A stretch of 59,596 nucleotides of DNA. Origin: a virus (Duplodnaviria > Caudoviricetes). Below the pieces are notes generated by a model that was not told the origin of the DNA, ran no database searches, and saw only the letters and a program-made list of their open reading frames with translations. Positions 9,097-15,199 of the stretch are shown one piece after another. How positions within the stretch are numbered: the stretch's first letter is position 1; each line of letters begins with the position of its first letter. The stretch spans positions 1 through 59,596 of the IMG/VR virus record IMGVR_UViG_3300021962_000117. The stretch is one strand, 5' to 3'. The position numbers were made by a program, and so were the translations under genes.

Positions 9097-9323
9097 CTAA
9101 CAAAACTTGGACAGTAATGAATGATCTGGAAGAAGCATTCAATCAAATCACTACATTCTCTTTCCTCCTTGAACAATTACAAGAAGCAGTAGATTCGGCA
9201 GATGCTCAACGCATTGTAGATACTACTGCTGCACTTAATGCCTTCTATCCTCCCTATTGTCAAAACTGGGATAACAAATTCTGCAAAGCATGGGACCATG
9301 TAGTTAAAGGAGAAAACAAATGA
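9093..9323 (+). CDS. Hypothetical protein
   Basis: ATGA-coupled ORF. Confidence 0.7.
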   Translation: MTNKTWTVMNDLEEAFNQITTFSFLLEQLQEAVDSADAQRIVDTTAALNAFYPPYCQNWDNKFCKAWDHVVKGENK

Positions 9324-9703
9324 CAATCCCTAATTTCAAATCCCAACCAGATTGGGAAGAGTTTACTAGCATGTTTGATGCACGGTGGCACTGTAAGAAA
9401 GCATTGCTAGATCGTGTGAAGGATGATATGTTTCCTGGCACATCATGGCACGGATTAACATCAGGTCACATGGAAGTCATCAACGACATCGTACAATCTC
9501 TTCTGTATGATGTAGAGTACACATTCAAAGATAAGTACCCAGAATACAAGAATGAGGATGATGAGATGTTCATCCCACGTCGTTCTTTCAAAGAGGATGT
9601 AACAGAAGCACTTAAAGATGCTCTAGGAACTGGTGGACAACAATTGGCAGAATGTCCTCCCTGTGAACCATGCGAACCTTGTGATCTATTCTCCCCAGAA
9701 TAA
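9320..9703 (+). CDS. Hypothetical protein with C-terminal CPPCEPCEPC tail
   Basis: RBS aaggag upstream; 127-aa ORF. Confidence 0.75.
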   Translation: MTIPNFKSQPDWEEFTSMFDARWHCKKALLDRVKDDMFPGTSWHGLTSGHMEVINDIVQSLLYDVEYTFKDKYPEYKNEDDEMFIPRRSFKEDVTEALKDALGTGGQQLAECPPCEPCEPCDLFSPE

Positions 9704-9786
9704 TGTATCAGAGTAAATATAGTGTGGTCCATAAAGATGGATCTGAAACCGAATATAAATGGTCCCAAACTAGAAGAAGGTTTATT

Positions 9787-10026
9787 ATGTCACAGACAAC
9801 AGTAATTTATTCTAATGGTAGCCAAGAATGCGAGCGGATGGCAATGCTCCTTGAATCTCTTGGTGGAGAATTTCATGAGTATCTACTGGGAGTAGATTTT
9901 AGTGATCGTCAATTCCGTGCTGAGTTTGGACCTGAAGCAACGTATCCACAATGTTCTATTGGATCAAAACATATTGGAAATATGAAAGAAACACTTCAAT
10001 TTCTAAAAGAGAAAGGACTTTTCTAA
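9787..10026 (+). CDS. Glutaredoxin-like protein with degenerate active site (SQEC)
   Basis: VIYSNGSQECER...ATYPQC...HIG pattern; RBS-like gaagg before ATG 9787 (track start 9703). Confidence 0.75.
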   Translation: MSQTTVIYSNGSQECERMAMLLESLGGEFHEYLLGVDFSDRQFRAEFGPEATYPQCSIGSKHIGNMKETLQFLKEKGLF

Positions 10027-10029
10027 AAC

Positions 10030-10045
10030 TGTATCATATTATACA
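10030..10045 (+). promoter_or_regulatory. NtcA-binding box
   Basis: TGTA-TCATATTA-TACA is a perfect TGTA-N8-TACA, lying 1 bp upstream of the -35 hexamer. Confidence 0.7.
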
Positions 10046-10046
10046 A

Positions 10047-10076
10047 TTGACAACGTATAGATAGTAATGGTATAAT
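10047..10076 (+). promoter_or_regulatory. Sigma70 promoter with extended -10
   Basis: TTGACA(10047-52)-N18-TATAAT(10071-76), preceded by TG-n; predicted TSS ~10081-10083. Confidence 0.85.
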
Positions 10077-10083
10077 AACCATG

Positions 10084-10332
10084 CGTTCATCCTATGACTA
10101 AAGCACTCTTGCTTTTAGCATGGGTTCCACTTTTTTCTGTTTCGACGCCACGACTTATTCAAAATCCATATCCTGTGACTATAAGTTGTGACGCAGCGTG
10201 GGAACTGATGGACATCGTTAAAAACGACGATGTAGTAAATCAAAGAAGAGAAGACCGATTGCTATTGGAACTCCGAAAGGATGTAGTTCAAAGGTGCTAA
10301 AATTAAATAGGACGCAAGTAAGTCGCGGAACG
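10084..10332 (+). ncRNA. Glutamine riboswitch-like aptamer unit 1 (glnA/Downstream-peptide type) with an ORF in its P2 loop
   Basis: CGTTC-A-TCCTAT[ORF]ATAGGA-CGC-AAGTA-AGTCG-C-GGAACG: P1 CGTTC/GAACG, P2 TCCTAT/ATAGGA. Confidence 0.7.
10094..10300 (+). CDS. Small secreted/membrane protein (C-x35-C) nested in riboswitch unit 1
   Basis: MTKALLLLAWVPLFSVS...ISCDAAWELM...VQRC. Confidence 0.75.
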   Translation: MTKALLLLAWVPLFSVSTPRLIQNPYPVTISCDAAWELMDIVKNDDVVNQRREDRLLLELRKDVVQRC

Positions 10333-10335
10333 GAG

Positions 10336-10533
10336 CGTTCATCCCAATGTTTTCAACAATTTTAATTTATGCAACATTGACTTGTTCTCAAGCCAATGCT
10401 CTGATCAATAAAGCCCAAAAGAACGAAAGTATTTCTGAACCTATTAGAAATGAAATAGTTCAAACTATTAAAGAATCTGCTTCAGATTCTTGTTGGGAGT
10501 TGAAAAATAGGGACGCAAACGACTGAAGGAACG
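10336..10533 (+). ncRNA. Glutamine riboswitch-like aptamer unit 2 with an ORF in its P2 loop
   Basis: CGTTC-A-TCCC[ORF]GGGA-CGC-AAA-CGACT-GAA-GGAACG; CGACT (10520-24) is complementary to AGTCG (10321-25). Confidence 0.72.
10347..10526 (+). CDS. Small protein (59 aa, C-x35-C) nested in riboswitch unit 2
   Basis: Hand translation MFSTILIYATLTCSQANALINKAQKNESISEPIRNEIVQTIKESASDSCWELKNRDAND; the stop codon lies inside CGACTGAA. Confidence 0.7.
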   Translation: MFSTILIYATLTCSQANALINKAQKNESISEPIRNEIVQTIKESASDSCWELKNRDAND

Positions 10534-10568
10534 GGAATTAACATTCTCATTTCTTTAGGAGAACAACC

Positions 10569-10736
10569 ATGAACACACTTCAACTGATTAAAGAGCAGCT
10601 TCAAAAAGCAAATGCTCTTCATGATGCTCAGATCTATCACACCACATACCGTGGTTGTGAGTTTAGAGTAGGCAGTCATGAACCAAAGGAGACACACGGT
10701 ACATTTCAGTATCGCGGACATACTTACAGTAAATAA
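10569..10736 (+). CDS. DUF4278-like small protein (two YRG motifs; family related to GS-inactivating factor IF17)
   Basis: MNTLQLIKEQLQKANALHDAQIYHTTYRGCEF...HGTFQYRGHTYSK; RBS aggag; sits downstream of a glutamine riboswitch, as DUF4278 genes typically do. Confidence 0.8.
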   Translation: MNTLQLIKEQLQKANALHDAQIYHTTYRGCEFRVGSHEPKETHGTFQYRGHTYSK

Positions 10737-10737
10737 A

Positions 10738-10762
10738 CAAAAGGACCTACGGGTCCTTTTTT
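10738..10762 (+). terminator. Rho-independent terminator
   Basis: aaaaggacc-tacg-ggtcctttt followed by a T-tract. Confidence 0.9.
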
Positions 10763-10792
10763 GTGTCTAGGTATAAACTAGTAGGCATTAAT

Positions 10793-10836
10793 ATTTGTTA
10801 AGGATTGCTGACAAATCATATACATAGTGATAGAAT
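10793..10836 (+). promoter_or_regulatory. Sigma70-like promoter with an inverted repeat over the -35
   Basis: CTGACA(10808)-N17-TAGAAT(10831) with TG-n; ATTTGTTA-N8-TGACAAAT palindrome at 10793-10816. Confidence 0.5.
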
Positions 10837-10904
10837 TAAAGGGTGAGAAAAGTGTACTGAAAATCGATCTACATTATGGTCAAATAATTATCGTGGAGGT
10901 TATT

Positions 10905-11087
10905 ATGCATAATCTTATTTCACATAATCAGCTAGCTGGCTGGAGACAAAGCGTTACACGATTAGATAAAACATTAGATAGGAGCATCGAAGAATCTGAT
11001 ATTCTTAATGATTATTACAATTGTTTAATTGAATGCGACGATGATCAAACGTCTTGTAAGCGAATTTGCAGGAGGATTTTGCAATAG
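10905..11087 (+). CDS. Small Cys-rich protein (Cx3C-x6-Cx3C)
   Basis: RBS GGAGGT before ATG 10905; DYYNCLIECDDDQTSCKRICRRIL. Confidence 0.8.
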   Translation: MHNLISHNQLAGWRQSVTRLDKTLDRSIEESDILNDYYNCLIECDDDQTSCKRICRRILQ

Positions 11088-11111
11088 TCATTGAAGAAAT
11101 TACAATTCTTC

Positions 11112-11146
11112 AGAGGGTTGACCACCCTCTTTTTTTTGTGTATAAT
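11112..11146 (+). terminator. Terminator overlapping a sigma70-like promoter
   Basis: agagggt-tgacc-accctct + T-tract; contains TTGACC-N17-TATAAT. Confidence 0.8.
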
Positions 11147-11169
11147 TAGTATGAGATGACGTTGTTCTT

Positions 11170-11352
11170 ATGGATAAAGAAAAACTTAAACTCATAATTA
11201 AAAATCTGGAGTCTCTTGTAGACTGTCTTAAATCTGAAGTTTATTCTGACATAGATTCATATGTAACAAAATCAGATGAGTATATTGGTAACCAGAATTT
11301 TATTTCGGATTATGATGAAATTTTTTATGATGATGACGGATATCCTGATTAG
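11170..11352 (+). CDS. Conserved cyanophage hypothetical protein
   Basis: MDKEKLKLII...LKSEVYSD...DDDGYPD. Confidence 0.75.
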   Translation: MDKEKLKLIIKNLESLVDCLKSEVYSDIDSYVTKSDEYIGNQNFISDYDEIFYDDDGYPD

Positions 11353-11360
11353 TAAAGAGT

Positions 11361-11546
11361 ATGTATGAATCTTTAAATTGCTTCGAAGAAGCATTAAAAC
11401 ATTTTGGGACAAGAGTCGATATGATTATTGCCTTGGAGATGTCACGAAGAATCACTCCAGAAGAATCATATCAACAAATTAAAACGGAACTCAAAGAACT
11501 GAAAAAGTGCCGTAAACAATTCAACAAAGGACATGAATGCGAATGA
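11361..11546 (+). CDS. Hypothetical protein
   Basis: 61-aa ORF overlapping the thyX start. Confidence 0.75.
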   Translation: MYESLNCFEEALKHFGTRVDMIIALEMSRRITPEESYQQIKTELKELKKCRKQFNKGHECE

Positions 11547-12184
11547 CTGCAGTAAAACTTATTTCTGTTACTCCTGATGCAGAGAAGCACATGGCATATT
11601 GTGCCCGTGTGAGTAACCCAAATAATCAAGAGAATGAAAATTTCTCTGGACTTCTCCGTTACTGCATTACGCATCAACACTGGAGTATCTTTGAACAAGC
11701 AACAATGACTCTGGAGATCAATACTACTAGAGGAATCGCAGCTCAAGTGCTCCGGCACCGTTCGTTCACATATCAAGAATTTTCACAACGGTATGCTGAT
11801 AGTTCTTTGTTGGGTGATACTATTCCACTTCCAGAACTGCGTAGGCAAGATACTAAGAATCGTCAGAATAGTATTGATGATGTAGATCCTTATACTGTTC
11901 AGAAGTATGAGATTCTGATGCAACATCATTTCAAAGAAGCAATGAATCTGTATCAGAAAATGCTTGATGACGGAATTGCAAAGGAGTGTGCTCGTTTTGT
12001 GCTTCCTTTGGCAACTCCCACCAGACTCTACATGACTGGCTCAGTTCGGTCATGGATCCATTATATTGATCTGCGGTCTGGTCATGGTACACAGAAGGAA
12101 CATATGGATATTGCGAATGGTGCTAAATCTATCTTCTGCGAACAGTTTCCTGCTGTTGCAGAGGCATTAGAATGGATCAAATAA
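11543..12184 (+). CDS. thyX: Flavin-dependent thymidylate synthase
   Basis: HWSIFE, RHRSFTYQEFSQRY, KECARFVLP, TQKEH motifs. Confidence 0.97.
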   Translation: MTAVKLISVTPDAEKHMAYCARVSNPNNQENENFSGLLRYCITHQHWSIFEQATMTLEINTTRGIAAQVLRHRSFTYQEFSQRYADSSLLGDTIPLPELRRQDTKNRQNSIDDVDPYTVQKYEILMQHHFKEAMNLYQKMLDDGIAKECARFVLPLATPTRLYMTGSVRSWIHYIDLRSGHGTQKEHMDIANGAKSIFCEQFPAVAEALEWIK

Positions 12185-12206
12185 ATACTCAATCATAGTT
12201 AAAATT

Positions 12207-12455
12207 ATGGCTACTTATCCTGTTATTAATAAACAAACTGGTGAACAAAAAGACGTTGTAATGAGCGTTCATGATTGGGATCAATGGAAACTTGATAATC
12301 CTGATTGGGACCGAGACTGGTCTGATCCATCTACCGCACCATATAGCGGTGAGATTGGAGAAGTCTATGACAAACTCAGGGTTAAACACCCTGGATGGAA
12401 TGATGTATTGCACAAAGCATCTAAAGTTCCTGGATCGAGAGTTAAGCCTGTATAA
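12207..12455 (+). CDS. Conserved cyanophage hypothetical protein
   Basis: MATYPVINKQTGE...PGWNDVL; ATAAATA late promoter at 12181. Confidence 0.8.
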   Translation: MATYPVINKQTGEQKDVVMSVHDWDQWKLDNPDWDRDWSDPSTAPYSGEIGEVYDKLRVKHPGWNDVLHKASKVPGSRVKPV

Positions 12456-12457
12456 TT

Positions 12458-13213
12458 ATGACAAGAAGAAAAAGAACCCTGAATAAGTCTGCGGGAATTG
12501 GATTAACTGCAAGACAACAAAAAAAGAAGAAACCAATTAATTTGGATTTGCTGAGAGAAGTAGAACCTCTAACACAAAATCAAGAAAGTCTTTTTGATTC
12601 GTATAGTGACGGAAAAAATATCGTTGCTTATGGATGTGCTGGTACAGGAAAAACTTTCATTACTCTGTACAATGCTTTGAAAGAAGTATTGGATGTCAAC
12701 AGTCCATATGAAAAAATTTACATTGTCAGATCACTTGTAGCAACTAGAGAGATTGGTTTTCTTCCTGGTGACCATGAAGACAAAGCAGACATTTATCAAA
12801 TTCCATATAAAAATATGGTGAAATATATGTTTGAATTGGAGGATGACTCTGCCTTTGAAATGCTATATGGCAATCTCAAATCTCAAAATACGATTAGTTT
12901 TTGGTCAACATCATTTATTAGAGGAACTACCTTAGATAAAGCAATTATTATTGTTGATGAATTCCAAAACTTAAATTTCCATGAACTTGATAGTATCATT
13001 ACTCGTGTCGGTGAAGATACAAAAATTATGTTCTGTGGAGATGCAACTCAGTCAGATCTTGTCAAAACTTCTGAGAGAACAGGAATCATGGACTTCTTAA
13101 AAATCATTGGTATTATGCCTTCTTTTGATATGGTTGAATTTGGTCTTGATGATATCGTCAGATCTGGTTTGTGTAAGGAATACTTAACTGCGAAGGCAGA
13201 ACTTAATCTGTAA
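12458..13213 (+). CDS. phoH: PhoH-family ATPase
   Basis: GCAGTGKT, IGFLPG, FIRGTT, IIVDEFQN, CGDATQSD, DIVRSG. Confidence 0.96.
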   Translation: MTRRKRTLNKSAGIGLTARQQKKKKPINLDLLREVEPLTQNQESLFDSYSDGKNIVAYGCAGTGKTFITLYNALKEVLDVNSPYEKIYIVRSLVATREIGFLPGDHEDKADIYQIPYKNMVKYMFELEDDSAFEMLYGNLKSQNTISFWSTSFIRGTTLDKAIIIVDEFQNLNFHELDSIITRVGEDTKIMFCGDATQSDLVKTSERTGIMDFLKIIGIMPSFDMVEFGLDDIVRSGLCKEYLTAKAELNL

Positions 13214-13222
13214 AATACTATT

Positions 13223-13906
13223 ATGCAATTTACTCATCATAATTTTCTAGGTGATCTTGAATTAAATAAAAAAGAAACTAATGGAATCCGTTTGTACAAT
13301 CTTCCTGATGGACAATGGGTTCCATCCATTACATCTGTAACTTCTTTTTATAATCGACAGATCTTTGCTGACTGGCGTAAGCGAGTTGGTATTGAAGAGG
13401 CAAACCGTATCACTAAAAAAGCAACTGCGCGTGGAACTGATTTCCACGAAGTAGCGCAGGCGTATCTTGAGAACAAAGAACTGAACTGGGATGACTATCG
13501 TCCTCTTTCTAAAATTATGTTTCATCATGCAAAGCCTTTTTTAGATAAGATAAATAACATACATGCCATTGAAAGAACCCTTTATTCAGAATACCTTGGA
13601 TTGGCTGGTAGAGTTGACTGCATAGCAGAGTACGAAGGAGAGTTGGCGGTCATCGACTTTAAAACATCTGAAAAGATCAAACCAGAAAAGTGGTTAGAGA
13701 ACTATTTTGTTCAGGAAACTTTTTATGCTGCTGCTTATTATGAACTAACAGGAATTACTGTAAAAAAACTTATCACACTTATGGTTACTCCTAGTGGTGA
13801 AGTAAAAGTATTTGACAAAAGAAACAAAGGGGATTATATTAAGTTATTAGTACGTTATATTAAAGAATTTGTACATCACAACACTAATCAAACCCATGGA
13901 GAATGA
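13223..13906 (+). CDS. PD-(D/E)xK exonuclease
   Basis: PSITSV, RGTDFH, LAGRVDCI, VIDFKTS, YFVQ motifs. Confidence 0.9.
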   Translation: MQFTHHNFLGDLELNKKETNGIRLYNLPDGQWVPSITSVTSFYNRQIFADWRKRVGIEEANRITKKATARGTDFHEVAQAYLENKELNWDDYRPLSKIMFHHAKPFLDKINNIHAIERTLYSEYLGLAGRVDCIAEYEGELAVIDFKTSEKIKPEKWLENYFVQETFYAAAYYELTGITVKKLITLMVTPSGEVKVFDKRNKGDYIKLLVRYIKEFVHHNTNQTHGE

Positions 13907-14153
13907 GTTAGAAAAAGCACTAGAGAGTAAATTTTTCTGTCCCTCCAAATTTGCTCAAGAGATTGAGTCTCTTGTTCTATTGGATGCCAATATGAATTAT
14001 ATTGATGCGATCATTCATTTTTGTGATTTGCATTCTATTGATCTGGAGTCTGTTCCTAAGCTCATCTCTAAACCTCTTAAAGAGAAACTAAAGTACGAAG
14101 CAATGGAACTAAACTTCTTGAAGAAGACCTCCAGAGCAAAATTGCCCTTTTAA
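13896..14153 (+). CDS. gp33: Late transcription coactivator gp33
   Basis: FAQEIE, YIDAIIHFC, LISKPLKEKLKYEA; gp33-gp59-gp32 synteny. Confidence 0.9.
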   Translation: MENELEKALESKFFCPSKFAQEIESLVLLDANMNYIDAIIHFCDLHSIDLESVPKLISKPLKEKLKYEAMELNFLKKTSRAKLPF

Positions 14154-14214
14154 TCCATTTTTGGGCGAAAAAAATTCCGGCAAAAATTTGACCCCTGTAA
14201 GATTTTTTAAAGTG

Positions 14215-14808
14215 ATGCCAGTTGATGCCTACCGTTGTTATTTGTCTTTAAAAAATCATTTTACTAAAGACAAATATGATTATCATAAGTATTGTGGAAA
14301 GAGTCGTGCCACTGTACAATCTTTTTATAAACGTAAAGATCGTTTTTGGTTTGAAAAAATAGCCAGAAACAAATCAGATCAAGAAGTTATTGAATTCTTC
14401 TTATCAAATTTTATTTCCTGCACAGATCCAGGAAAACTTTGGATTGGAGAAATTATTCGTGAAGGTGAAAGTAGATATACGGAATGGAAGAGAAGGACGC
14501 AATCTCTTTCATATATCTTCAAAAATGAAATGGACAATATCCTTGCAAATCAAGACTTAGATTCCATATTTTCAAAGAAAAGTGGACATCCAATTATTTT
14601 GAAAAAGTATTTGGGTGGAGAGGTCTCAATAGAATCTATGGTGATCTTGGATAAAATACTTGGATACAGACAAGAATTTGATGCTAATATTCAAGATCCA
14701 GTGTGGGAAACCGTAAGTTTGAGAATAAAAAAATATTCTTCCTTCCTAAATATCGATGTATTTCGTTATAAAAAGATTTTAAAAGAAATTGTTCTTGGAG
14801 TAGCATGA
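14215..14808 (+). CDS. gp59: Helicase loader gp59
   Basis: YLSLKNHFT...YDYHKY...FYKRKDRFWFEK. Confidence 0.9.
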   Translation: MPVDAYRCYLSLKNHFTKDKYDYHKYCGKSRATVQSFYKRKDRFWFEKIARNKSDQEVIEFFLSNFISCTDPGKLWIGEIIREGESRYTEWKRRTQSLSYIFKNEMDNILANQDLDSIFSKKSGHPIILKKYLGGEVSIESMVILDKILGYRQEFDANIQDPVWETVSLRIKKYSSFLNIDVFRYKKILKEIVLGVA

Positions 14809-15149
14809 GTTTTTTCGATTCCGATATTGTTAGATCAGAAATGACAGAAATTTCTGAAATGCAAGAAGAAATTTATAGAAATGTCTTTAAATTTCCTCAT
14901 ATGACTAAAGATGATAAATTGTCACATGTCGATCTGCTTGATCGACTTCTAGACAAGCAAAAAGTTCTCTATGCTCGTCTTAGTTTTTCTGACGATCCAG
15001 AAGCAATTGAAATGAAAAATCAAATTGTCGAATCTGCCAAAATGATGGGAGCGCCCGCTGACGTTGATATGAACGCAGTGTTTACTAATATGTCTAATAT
15101 GTTGGCGAGCATGAGAAAACAGATTGACATAACAGGTTCAGACCTGTAG
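14805..15149 (+). CDS. DUF1825-like hypothetical protein
   Basis: MSFFDSDIVR...KQKVLYARLSFSDDPEA. Confidence 0.75.
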   Translation: MSFFDSDIVRSEMTEISEMQEEIYRNVFKFPHMTKDDKLSHVDLLDRLLDKQKVLYARLSFSDDPEAIEMKNQIVESAKMMGAPADVDMNAVFTNMSNMLASMRKQIDITGSDL

Positions 15150-15152
15150 AAT
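15124..15152 (+). promoter_or_regulatory. Sigma70-like promoter for gp32
   Basis: TTGACA-N17-TAGAAT with TG upstream of the -10. Confidence 0.75.
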
Positions 15153-15199
15153 AACGAAGTACACACAAGCCAAATCCGTACAAATCCGAGGTAATCCGA

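Noticed and set aside
10482-10721. Minus-strand 79-aa ORF
   Set aside because: It is antisense to the riboswitch and the DUF4278 gene, which have an RBS, promoter and terminator on +.
12181-12457. Pho box upstream of phoH
   Set aside because: No convincing tandem 11-bp-spaced repeat; only a late-promoter ATAAATA.
13223-13906. Cas4-like nuclease as a CRISPR component
   Set aside because: No repeat-spacer array or other cas genes seen; this is the usual exonuclease beside phoH/gp33.
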